DNA of 62,999 nt, from positions 1-62,999 of the forward strand of contig MGGS01000014.1 in NCBI GenBank assembly GCA_001792535.1. Reading direction: 5' to 3'. The translations under genes and the position numbers were made by a program. Source of the DNA: Candidatus Woesebacteria bacterium RIFCSPHIGHO2_02_FULL_42_20 (GTDB lineage Bacteria > Patescibacteriota > Microgenomatia > UBA8517). The notes beneath the pieces were generated by a model, which ran no database searches, was not told where the DNA came from, and was given only the letters and a program-made list of their open reading frames with translations. Below are positions 37,661-46,342 of this stretch, piece after piece (the first letter of the stretch is position 1; each line of letters opens with the position of its first letter).

Positions 37661-38460
37661 AAAGACACCCTTAACATCTCTTCCAAAAGATGAATTTTAT
37701 TCTTTTCGACTGCGTGCTCCCAAAGAAAAATTATTACACCTTTCGAGGGTGGTTTTACAGCCTCTTTTGCCGCACTTAAGGCTTCTTCCCTGCTCAATTT
37801 GTCTACAAGACTATCGGGCATATCTTTAATTTGAATTATTGGCATAATCGGCCTATTTGTTAAATTATACAAATATTCAACGTACTCATGAATATAGCTT
37901 ATTGGCTTTTTTATCATTCTGTGATAAAGCATGGGGCTTATTGCGTCAAAATACTTAGCCAGAAGTTTGTGGTCTTGTCCTAAAATAGTCACCAAGTCCG
38001 AATATTCCTCATGTTTGAAAGGAACTGCAAAATAGCCAATCTCTACGTTTTTGGGAACATACTTTCTGACTTTGTTTGCAATATTTAATAATACTTTAAA
38101 TCTTGACTTTTTTATACAAAATTTACACTCCTTATGAACTTTGGCTAATTTTTGAGTTCTTACTTCCCACCTTCCGTCAAACCTAAAGTGATCTAACCAA
38201 ATCTCGTTGGGTTTATACTTTAAAGCATTGTCGATTTTGACTCTGAGCTTTCCAAAGGACGCAGGATTAGCTGGGCAACCGTCTTCACCAAAACAATCCA
38301 CACAGATTCCGATTTTACACTTTAATTTATTAAACTGTTTTATATTTTCTCTGTTAATCCTGCTTTCCGAAAGAATAAAATGATTAGCACCAATTTCATC
38401 CAAATCTTTATAGTCTTCCCCCCTACCCCAGAGCGCCACAAATACAGAGTTTATTATCAT
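37657..38460 (-). CDS. hypothetical protein, possible glycoside-hydrolase-like TIM barrel
   Basis: 267 aa with Cys-rich stretches (CKIGICVDCFGEDGC; HKECKFC). The strings WLDHFRF and ISPMLYH are reminiscent of GH-like barrels of unknown function. Functional confidence is low. Confidence 0.3.
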   Translation of the reverse strand: MIINSVFVALWGRGEDYKDLDEIGANHFILSESRINRENIKQFNKLKCKIGICVDCFGEDGCPANPASFGKLRVKIDNALKYKPNEIWLDHFRFDGRWEVRTQKLAKVHKECKFCIKKSRFKVLLNIANKVRKYVPKNVEIGYFAVPFKHEEYSDLVTILGQDHKLLAKYFDAISPMLYHRMIKKPISYIHEYVEYLYNLTNRPIMPIIQIKDMPDSLVDKLSREEALSAAKEAVKPPSKGVIIFLWEHAVEKNKIHLLEEMLRVSL

Positions 38461-39221
38461 TTCTTATCAAATAATCCTTTCCTAGTCCAATAATGGGTAT
38501 GGGCGAGCGAGAACCCACCGTCAACTACTATAGCTTGACCTGTAATATAATTTCCCTTTTCGGAAGCAAGAAAAACCATTACATTAGCAATATCTTGAGG
38601 TGTTCCAGAATACCCCAGTGGAACATGGATGTTTTTCCGATTTTTCTCACCGCGTATGGCAATCGCTCCAGGCGAAACTGCGTTAACCCTAATTCCGTAT
38701 TCCGCAAGCTCAAGCGCAATATCCTTTACAAACATCTCTAGGGCAGCTTTTGAAGAAGAATATGCTGGATGCAGTTGTGTGATATGACTATGTATCGAGG
38801 AAGTAAAAAGAATACTACCTGTAATCTCCTTCTTAATCATCACGTTTACCACTCTTTGTGTCAGAAAGAAAGGACCTATTAAATTTGTATTAAAAACACT
38901 TATCGCTTCTTCCCTGCCAATCTCAGTTATCCCTCCTCGTGTATTTATTCCAGCGTTATTTATTAAAATATCAATTTTCCCAAACGTTCTAAGAGTCACA
39001 TCAACCAGCTCGTTATTATCTTTTTCTATACTGACATCTGTACATACAGTAAGCGATTTATTGCCAAAGGTTTTTAGCATTTTTTGGGTTATTTTAGAAT
39101 TTTTTTCATCTATGTCAGCAATCACAACATGTGCCCCTTCCCGGGCCATCTCAGTTGCTATACACCTGCCGATGCCCTTGGCTGAACCTGTCACGATAGC
39201 AACTTTACCCTTTAATAGCAT
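38457..39221 (-). CDS. SDR-family oxidoreductase
   Basis: It has KVAIVTGSAKGIGR, NNAG and YSSSK. The track start at 39263 would overlap the upstream gene by 31 nt. I prefer the internal ATG (39219-39221), which gives the canonical MLLKGKVAIVTG N-terminus. Confidence 0.85.
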   Translation of the reverse strand: MLLKGKVAIVTGSAKGIGRCIATEMAREGAHVVIADIDEKNSKITQKMLKTFGNKSLTVCTDVSIEKDNNELVDVTLRTFGKIDILINNAGINTRGGITEIGREEAISVFNTNLIGPFFLTQRVVNVMIKKEITGSILFTSSIHSHITQLHPAYSSSKAALEMFVKDIALELAEYGIRVNAVSPGAIAIRGEKNRKNIHVPLGYSGTPQDIANVMVFLASEKGNYITGQAIVVDGGFSLAHTHYWTRKGLFDKK

Positions 39222-39232
39222 ATTAAGAATAA

Positions 39233-40258
39233 TTAAAACAGTTCCTTGTTCTCCTCCACCCATTTACAAAGCATTCTTATTCCCTTTTCTGGGGAAACCT
39301 TTGGTTTCCACCCCAACATTTTCCCAATCTTTCTAATATCACTTACATAAATTTTTTGATCACCCGGCCGCCAATCTGAGAACTTGACATCTATCTTTCT
39401 CCCAAAATAATCCTTCAAAACAGAACCAAATTCGCTCCATACAGAAATCGTAAATTTTCGGCCTCCACCTACGTTAAAAATCTCCCCACGCATTGCCAGT
39501 CTGTTTGCGAATGCCAGTTCGTAAGCCTTAACCAGATCGTCAATATACAAAATATCCCTGACCTGCCGACCGTCACCATAGATGGTAATCGGCTTGCCCG
39601 TTACAATTGCGATAATAAACCAGGCAACCCAACCTTGATCTTCAACTCCAAACTGCCGCGGGCCATAAACACAAGATTGCCGGAAAACACACGTTTTAAG
39701 CCCATAAATCCTGGAATAATCACGAACATATTGATCGGCAGCTCCCTTGGAACAACCGTAAGGTGAATGAAAATCCAAAGGTTTATCCTCTGAAATCCCA
39801 AAGGGATAAGTTTCATACGCATATCTGCTCTGCAATTGCCTGACTCTGATCCCCTCCATCCCACCATAAACTTTATTCGTTGATGCAAAAATTAACGCCG
39901 GTTTATTCTTGCTCTTTCGAACTGCTTCCAAAACATTAAGGGTCCCTAATGCATTAATCTCAAAATCTTCTTTTGGATAACTAACAGAGGTCGTAACTGC
40001 AACCTGAGCTGCTAAATGGAGAACTGTGTCTGTTTGGGCTATTTCTTTATCCAAAAGTCTTTGGTCATGTCTTATATCCCCTTTTACCATTTGAATATTT
40101 CTTTTTAAACTTTTTAAAAACTTGGCATTCTTAACACTCCCGGCTCTGGAAAAATTATCAAAAACTGTAACTTTCCAACCTTTACCCGCAAAATATTCTG
40201 CCGAATTACTGCCGATAAACCCAGCTCCCCCAGTTATGAACATTCTTTTTTTAGTCAT
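39233..40258 (-). CDS. NAD-dependent sugar epimerase/dehydratase, CDP-paratose 2-epimerase-like
   Basis: 341 aa with ITGGAGFIGSN, DNFSRAGS, FHSPYGCSKGAADQY (YxxxK) and QGWVAWF. These strings closely match my memory of CDP-paratose/tyvelose 2-epimerase. Confidence 0.7.
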   Translation of the reverse strand: MTKKRMFITGGAGFIGSNSAEYFAGKGWKVTVFDNFSRAGSVKNAKFLKSLKRNIQMVKGDIRHDQRLLDKEIAQTDTVLHLAAQVAVTTSVSYPKEDFEINALGTLNVLEAVRKSKNKPALIFASTNKVYGGMEGIRVRQLQSRYAYETYPFGISEDKPLDFHSPYGCSKGAADQYVRDYSRIYGLKTCVFRQSCVYGPRQFGVEDQGWVAWFIIAIVTGKPITIYGDGRQVRDILYIDDLVKAYELAFANRLAMRGEIFNVGGGRKFTISVWSEFGSVLKDYFGRKIDVKFSDWRPGDQKIYVSDIRKIGKMLGWKPKVSPEKGIRMLCKWVEENKELF

Positions 40259-41081
40259 GCTTATTATTCAAAGTAAGATACTTGGGTGTTAACCAATTTT
40301 TACGGTTTGCCCAATCATAATAATGCAATATGCGTAGCCTATAAAAAACTGCTGCGGTATCCCAAATCATACTAAAAACTGTAGAGGCGAATCCTTTTGT
40401 TAAAATCGTGGAATTTTTAAAATCCATTTTGGACTCTATTGGTGCCTCGTAAATACGCCTAAAACCAAGGTAGTTAGCAACAGCCAATAATTCAATATCA
40501 AATGCAAACTGTTTAACCAATACCCTCGGCAATACTTTCTCCAGCACTTCCCGCCTAAAGAATTTAATTCCGACCTGAGTATCTCTAACCTTTAAACCGA
40601 ATAACAATTTTACCAACATCTGGTATACAAACGATATTAATGCACGAAATTTCGTGTAATGTACTTTTGATACTGGATGTCTTTTAGAACCAACAATTAT
40701 GTCTGCGTCATACCATTCAAAATGCGAAAGTAGCATCTGAATACCAACTGGGTTTATATCCATACCAGCGTCCACAAATCCCACTATGTCACCCTTTGCT
40801 TTTGCCATGCCAAAGCGCACTGCGTGGCCCTTGCCGTGGTTTATGGAATAACCAACAACTTTAATTACCTCGGGAAACTTTTTGGCCGCTTTGTGAGCAA
40901 TTTCTTTGGTTCTATCAGCTGAAGTGCCATCTACACAACAAACTATTTCGTAAGGATATCTGATCTGATCAAGCACGTTTTTAACTTTAAGTATGTCACG
41001 ATATATCGTCTTCTCTTTCAAGTAAGCTGGCATCACAACCGAAACCAGTTTGGTTTTTCTATCAGTTACTTTTGAGTTCAC
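40251..41081 (-). CDS. Dpm1/GtrB-type GT2 (polyprenyl-phosphate glycosyltransferase-like)
   Basis: 276 aa with a GTG start. Motifs are VSVVMPAY, CCVDGTSADRT, NHGKGHAVRFGMAKAKGDIVGFVDAGMD and a C-terminal hydrophobic segment. Confidence 0.7.
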   Translation of the reverse strand: MNSKVTDRKTKLVSVVMPAYLKEKTIYRDILKVKNVLDQIRYPYEIVCCVDGTSADRTKEIAHKAAKKFPEVIKVVGYSINHGKGHAVRFGMAKAKGDIVGFVDAGMDINPVGIQMLLSHFEWYDADIIVGSKRHPVSKVHYTKFRALISFVYQMLVKLLFGLKVRDTQVGIKFFRREVLEKVLPRVLVKQFAFDIELLAVANYLGFRRIYEAPIESKMDFKNSTILTKGFASTVFSMIWDTAAVFYRLRILHYYDWANRKNWLTPKYLTLNNKHD

Positions 41082-42342
41082 GCTTCAGATATATTAACAA
41101 ACCAATAAACAAAAATGAAATGCATGCTATTGAAATTTTAACCACATTAAAAAGCGAGTTGTGAAACATCAAAATTCCCCCTATTTGAAGTAGCGCCGCC
41201 GCAAGTTGCAGTCGCACTATCCAAGTCTTGCCAATTGAAAAAAAGAAATTTGCCAAAATACCAGTCAGTGCAAAAACGAAAAAGAAAGAGCCAAAGATGA
41301 AGATGAGAGGGGTGGCTTCCAAAAATTCTTTACCGTAAAGAACCATTATTGCAAATTCCGGAAAAAGATAATAAAAAACCAAGATACAAAGTGACAAGAT
41401 CGCGGTCAAAAAGAGACTATACACCAGAACCTTTTTATACTCGGCCCCCTTAGAGTGTCTTTTGGCAATTATTGGGAACATCACCGCTCCAATCGGCCCA
41501 GTACCAAAATAAATTATTTTCCCCAAATTAGACGCAGCAGCATAAAGCCCTGCGTCATGCGCACCAAAATAGTGCTTCACTAAAATGACATCCAGCGACA
41601 TCAGACTGGTAGTTGCTATAGCCTGTAACAACACAGGAACACCATAGGAAACCAACTTTCGACCATCCTGATAATTACTTCTAACGCCGAAAATTCTCAA
41701 CTTAGGCAGGAAAGGGAAAGTTACTAGCCAACCAATCACAACCGAGACCAATACTCCGAATGTTGCCCCCGCAACCGAAAAACCTATATAAACCAGGATT
41801 GATCCGACAATTAGTCTGGTAATCATTTCTATATTCAAGGTAAAAATCATGGCGTTAAATTTTATAAATCCTTGAAGAAACGAGCGGTTCAAAAAACCTA
41901 AAACAGAAAAAAAGACAATGAAACCCGATATCACTACCGGCAAATATTCTATCCTTAAAAAATTTGAAATAAAACTCGAAACCAACAACACCAGGATGCT
42001 TAAGACTGCGGCAAAGATAAGAATTCTTTTAGCTATCCAAGAATAAAAAATTCTGTTTTGTTTCAAGTGACTTGAAGAAACGAATTTAACTATCGCCATC
42101 CCGAGCGACGTATAGGTCACCGAAATTATTCCCAGAAATGATAAAATAGAAGCTACTTCCGAAAATTTTACGGGCCCCAACAAATTGCCTAAAATAATAT
42201 GGTAGACAAATGCTAAAAAATTGGCAAAATTGCTTCCGAGCATCATTACCAAACTTCCGGAAAATAAAGGATGAACCAGCATGGAAGCAGCTACAGGACC
42301 GAAAATCGGTACTTTTGCAACTAGTAATGATACTCTTTTCAT
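41062..42342 (-). CDS. MOP-superfamily (Wzx-like) flippase
   Basis: About 426 aa, all-helical and hydrophobic. The track start at 42351 is TTG; the ATG at 42340-42342 forms an ATGA overlap. Confidence 0.65.
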   Translation of the reverse strand: MKRVSLLVAKVPIFGPVAASMLVHPLFSGSLVMMLGSNFANFLAFVYHIILGNLLGPVKFSEVASILSFLGIISVTYTSLGMAIVKFVSSSHLKQNRIFYSWIAKRILIFAAVLSILVLLVSSFISNFLRIEYLPVVISGFIVFFSVLGFLNRSFLQGFIKFNAMIFTLNIEMITRLIVGSILVYIGFSVAGATFGVLVSVVIGWLVTFPFLPKLRIFGVRSNYQDGRKLVSYGVPVLLQAIATTSLMSLDVILVKHYFGAHDAGLYAAASNLGKIIYFGTGPIGAVMFPIIAKRHSKGAEYKKVLVYSLFLTAILSLCILVFYYLFPEFAIMVLYGKEFLEATPLIFIFGSFFFVFALTGILANFFFSIGKTWIVRLQLAAALLQIGGILMFHNSLFNVVKISIACISFLFIGLLIYLKRELKSN

Positions 42343-43487
42343 GAAATCCAAAAACCTCTGAAAAATAATCCGAAGGCCACGGTTAATAATAGCGCGCTAC
42401 CGGCAATAAAAACAATTCGAGAAAACTTTCGACATGTACTTAACCACCTGCCAAACAAAATAAACGCTGGAAACAAAACCAAAACGTAACGAGGAAGAGA
42501 GGAAAAACTTCCCGAAAAGGTAGGAATTAAAAAAGCTAATGTTGTATAGATGGCGTAGGAAGGTCTAAGGCGGAAAAACGTCAAAACTGTGAGCGCTGAG
42601 AATACGGAGGCCACTGAGAATTCAAGAAAAGTAGTTAATATTACTGGAAAATATGAGTAGTCCAAGCTGGGTAAAATTTTAAATATGTAGCGGTAAAAAA
42701 CCTGTGGCAATAAAATTAAAGTTGACGACCGCTGGCTTCCAAATATTTCTACCGAATGTAAAAATTCCAAAGGATCACCCGTCACTTTATTTAAATAAAG
42801 TATATATATAATTAGTCCCGTGGGAACAACAACTAATGAGACTTTCTTAAATAGTTTTGTTTTATCCCAAAAAAGCGCCGGTAGTAACACAACTCCAACT
42901 AATCTAGTCGCAGAAGCAAAGGCACCTAATAACCCTGAAAACAAATACATTTTTTTTCTGGCAAAATAAAATGACCATATAACAAGCATCAAAAATATGC
43001 TTTCGGTGTAAAAGCTAGCAAAATAAAATGACGTCGGAAAAACAAGAAGCGCAATCAAACTCCATTTAGCCACATTTTCCTTAAAATCCAATTTCACCAA
43101 TTTATAAAACCCAACCAGTGTTAAAAAAAATGATAGGTGTGATATTAACAAACCGACAACGGCGTAAACAGTTACTGAGCTACTGATTAATTGAGTTATT
43201 GACTTAACTAACAGTGGATATCCCGGAAAATAAAAATACTCCAAGTCACGGTAACTCCTTTGGGCTATCGCTAAATAGTGCTCTCCGTCAAAGTTGACGT
43301 GACCCCAAAATAAAGGATTTTGTATATATAATTGTCTGCCACCACCAATAAAATTGTCCTGAAGCTCAAAAAAAACTGGGACAACCAAAGCAATGAGTAG
43401 TAAAAATAGTCTCCATAGTACAAAAATTTCAAAAATATTCTTGACTGTCCACCGACTACTGCCCACTAGCCACTTCTCTGTAAGCAT
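42339..43487 (-). CDS. PIG-V-like (GT76-type) GT-C mannosyltransferase-like membrane protein
   Basis: About 382 aa and polytopic. NFDGEHYLAIAQRSYRDLEYFYFPGYPLLVK matches the WD..(Y/F)..IA..GY....AFFP signature I recall for the PIG-V family. The start is uncertain (ATG 43485-43487). Confidence 0.5.
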   Translation of the reverse strand: MLTEKWLVGSSRWTVKNIFEIFVLWRLFLLLIALVVPVFFELQDNFIGGGRQLYIQNPLFWGHVNFDGEHYLAIAQRSYRDLEYFYFPGYPLLVKSITQLISSSVTVYAVVGLLISHLSFFLTLVGFYKLVKLDFKENVAKWSLIALLVFPTSFYFASFYTESIFLMLVIWSFYFARKKMYLFSGLLGAFASATRLVGVVLLPALFWDKTKLFKKVSLVVVPTGLIIYILYLNKVTGDPLEFLHSVEIFGSQRSSTLILLPQVFYRYIFKILPSLDYSYFPVILTTFLEFSVASVFSALTVLTFFRLRPSYAIYTTLAFLIPTFSGSFSSLPRYVLVLFPAFILFGRWLSTCRKFSRIVFIAGSALLLTVAFGLFFRGFWIS

Positions 43488-44571
43488 CAAGGATAAGTTT
43501 AGCAGTTTTTATCCATGAGAAGAACTTAAGTCTTTTTTTGCCTTTCAGAACTAGTTCTTTTCGTAACTTATCGTCGGAAATCACTTTTATTAAACCCTTC
43601 GCAATGTCTTTATAATCTCTTGGGTTTACATACCGGGCAGCGTCGCCTGCAATTTCAACCAGTGCCTGCGTCCTGGCATCCACAACCGGAACCCCGGCCG
43701 TAAATGCTTCCAGTACCCCCATACCAAACCCTTCATAAAACGATGGCTGGCAGTATGCTGATGCAAGGCTATAAATTGCCGAAAGTTCATCTGCTTCCAC
43801 AAATCCCAACCTTCTGATTAACTTAGTGCTCCCAATCTCGTTTAATAATTTTTTGTAGTGCGAAATCTCTGGATGAAGTTTACCCATAAACCATCTGACC
43901 ATATCTCTAGGACCTTCCAAGTGCACTTCATAATTAACACTGTCTTCAAGCATTGTTGCATGTTTACCTACAATCACCAGAGGAATCTTGGCTATTTTTA
44001 TAGCTTTCACCAGATTGACTATGTTTTTGTTATAATTTACATCTCCGACATACAAAATAAACTTCTCCGGCAAATCATATTTCTTCTTGATCCCATCTTG
44101 CTTACCCCGCAAAACCTTGTGCGAAGTGGGGTTTCCCGGACCCGCATAAACGACGTGAATTTTCTCGGCTGGCACATCTAAAAACCTAACGATGTCTTTC
44201 TTGGAAGTTTCCGAAATTGTGATTACCGCATCCGCCTTTTTTAGAGCATTTTTTTGTTGTCGAAAATTTATCATCCCGCGGAATCCAGCCGGATAGTGCT
44301 TTGAGTAAATAAGTGGAATGCAGTCGTAAACAGTTACGACATTTTTCACTCCAGAAGCAGGCTTTAGTGTGTCAAAGAAAAAATCAAAATACGGCCAGTG
44401 AATAATGGCATCACCTGTCTGCGCAGGCAGGTGATGGGTGATCGATTCAATACTAAAGCCACGCTTTTTACCCAGCTTTTGAAGCTCAGGTAGTAAGTTT
44501 TTGTTATATACATCGATCCCCCGCACGGCATGGCCTTTTGGCTCCCCAATTACATACGCGACTCGAAGCAT
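43456..44571 (-). CDS. glycosyltransferase family 4
   Basis: 371 aa with C-terminal QPSFYEGFGMGVLEAFTAGVPVV. Confidence 0.8.
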   Translation of the reverse strand: MLRVAYVIGEPKGHAVRGIDVYNKNLLPELQKLGKKRGFSIESITHHLPAQTGDAIIHWPYFDFFFDTLKPASGVKNVVTVYDCIPLIYSKHYPAGFRGMINFRQQKNALKKADAVITISETSKKDIVRFLDVPAEKIHVVYAGPGNPTSHKVLRGKQDGIKKKYDLPEKFILYVGDVNYNKNIVNLVKAIKIAKIPLVIVGKHATMLEDSVNYEVHLEGPRDMVRWFMGKLHPEISHYKKLLNEIGSTKLIRRLGFVEADELSAIYSLASAYCQPSFYEGFGMGVLEAFTAGVPVVDARTQALVEIAGDAARYVNPRDYKDIAKGLIKVISDDKLRKELVLKGKKRLKFFSWIKTAKLILDAYREVASGQ

Positions 44572-44576
44572 ATATC

Positions 44577-45332
44577 CTATTTTAGCGCGGTTTTGCCCTT
44601 TTTGCTCTCGGCAAAGTAATGTGAGGGATAGATTGTGACTTCGTCCTCCAAAGTATCGTTTTTAATTTTGGCAACGATTGTGTGAGCAAGCCAGGACGGG
44701 TCCAAATACTTCTTTCCCTTTTTTTGACTCGCCAGCTTATCTTCCAACGACAGCGGACCGAATGCTGTCAGGACACTTCCCAAAGTCAGATGACAAAATT
44801 GAATATTAGTCTTTTTATATTCTTTTGCCAAACTTAACATTAGCCCACGGAGGGCAAATTTACTCGTGCAATAGGCTGATCTTTTAGCCATAGCAACCCT
44901 TCCCATACCGCTTCCTGTACTTAAAACACAAGCTTTTTGAGACTTTTTAAGTAAGGGGAGTAATTTTTGAATAAGCAAAAACGGTGCCGTAACATTTACT
45001 TCGAGAGACCTCTGCCATTCATCAAGTTTAATTTCTGGAAGCGGTTTATAAACTCCTACTCCTGCAGCGTTAATTAAAACATCAACTTGTTTATGGTCCT
45101 TGTTAAGGACAGAAACGAATTTCTCTACCGAGCCGGATTTGGTCAGATCGCATTCAAACACGTCTACTTTTGCACCAAGTTTTTCGGTTTCCTGTTTTAG
45201 AGAATCCAATATAACTTTTCTTCTCGCAACCAAAACCAAGTTGACCTTTTCTTTTGCAAAAGCCTTGGTGATTTCCCTGCCTATTCCTCCCGTCGCCCCG
45301 GCGATTACTACAACTTTATTTTTAAGATCCAT
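44577..45332 (-). CDS. SDR-family oxidoreductase
   Basis: 251 aa with IAGATGGIGRE, NAAG and YCTSK. Confidence 0.85.
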   Translation of the reverse strand: MDLKNKVVVIAGATGGIGREITKAFAKEKVNLVLVARRKVILDSLKQETEKLGAKVDVFECDLTKSGSVEKFVSVLNKDHKQVDVLINAAGVGVYKPLPEIKLDEWQRSLEVNVTAPFLLIQKLLPLLKKSQKACVLSTGSGMGRVAMAKRSAYCTSKFALRGLMLSLAKEYKKTNIQFCHLTLGSVLTAFGPLSLEDKLASQKKGKKYLDPSWLAHTIVAKIKNDTLEDEVTIYPSHYFAESKKGKTALK

Positions 45333-45333
45333 A

Positions 45334-45798
45334 CTACAATCTTACAGTTTTACATCCTTCTTCGCCATAAAGTTTTTGGTTGAAGTATTTAATGAAAGTC
45401 GGCTGAATTTTGTAAACTCTGGAGCTGATTATTTTTTCCTTCATACTTTTAACATTTACAACTCCCTCCATTCCAGGCGCTGCCCGATGCCACATTTTCA
45501 AAAGTACTTTTGTTCTCTCCCAACCTTTTACTTGACTCGCAACTCCCTGAGCTTGGATACCCACTTTTTTAGCCGAGTTTGGTGTGTGCGAATCGGCAAC
45601 ATTGACAGCGACTTTGCTGTTCTTTTCAATATCTTTACAGTGCTTTGATTTAGGTGAGCTAACAAAATAGAAATTCAGGTCATTATCAACAGCAAAATAC
45701 ACTGTCGCAACCCATGGTTTATCTGCACAAGTCGCCAAAGTCATCAACCGCTGACTTTTCAGGTATTTCGAGAACTCTTTCTTAATATCTTTATTCAT
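45334..45798 (-). CDS. pyridoxamine 5'-phosphate oxidase-like FMN-binding protein
   Basis: About 154 aa. The pattern MTLATC..KPWVATVYFAVDNDLNFYFVS..SKHCKDIEKNSKVAVNV is typical of the split-barrel family. The track start is TTG; the ATG lies at 45796-45798. Confidence 0.6.
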   Translation of the reverse strand: MNKDIKKEFSKYLKSQRLMTLATCADKPWVATVYFAVDNDLNFYFVSSPKSKHCKDIEKNSKVAVNVADSHTPNSAKKVGIQAQGVASQVKGWERTKVLLKMWHRAAPGMEGVVNVKSMKEKIISSRVYKIQPTFIKYFNQKLYGEEGCKTVRL

Positions 45799-46342
45799 TT
45801 TCAATCAATTTTAACAGAAAAGGAAATTTTTTATACTCTGGACCCTTTTCAAGATTGAAATGGCCTTGGCCTTCTTTGATTATTAACTCCCCATTCAAAT
45901 TTTTGGCCAGCATTTTCGCCTGACTCAAAGGAGTATAAGGATCATTATCCGAGTGAATCAAAATAAACTTTTTTGAGTGCCTTTTTATTTTTTTCCAATC
46001 GTACTTATAGTCAAAAAGTTCACTGTTTGCCTCCCAGTCAGATTTTATAAACGCACTAACAAAAATGCACATACTTACGATTACGTCATCCGGCAATTCT
46101 TGCAAAATGGCCCATATAGTCGCCGGGCTTGAGGAATGCCCGACCAGAACAGAATCTCTGTCAAATTTCCATTTTCTCTTGAAAATATAATCTACATTTT
46201 CCGAAACTCGGGGTTTTTCGGATTTTGGCAATTTTGGCACCCAAACTTTATATCCCTTTTTGACCAGCTCACTTTCTAACCATCGAAACCAGTTACCATC
46301 AGGGCTTCCCATCGTCCCGTGCAAAATCAGCGCATTTTTCAT
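45791..46342 (-). CDS. RBBP9/YdeN-like alpha/beta serine hydrolase
   Basis: 183 aa with ALILHGTMGSPDGNWF, VGHSSSP (an atypical nucleophile elbow), HSDNDPY and GQGHF. It is a paralog of 52300-52833. Confidence 0.6.
   Translation of the reverse strand: MKNALILHGTMGSPDGNWFRWLESELVKKGYKVWVPKLPKSEKPRVSENVDYIFKRKWKFDRDSVLVGHSSSPATIWAILQELPDDVIVSMCIFVSAFIKSDWEANSELFDYKYDWKKIKRHSKKFILIHSDNDPYTPLSQAKMLAKNLNGELIIKEGQGHFNLEKGPEYKKFPFLLKLIENE

Noticed and set aside
45100-45648. A 182-aa plus-strand ORF in the track that spans the SDR/PNPOx gene junction.
   Set aside because: It lies antisense to two ORFs with clear family motifs, its sequence is low-complexity (S/F/L/T-rich), and it has no recognisable motif. 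I read it as a shadow ORF typical of AT-rich DNA.
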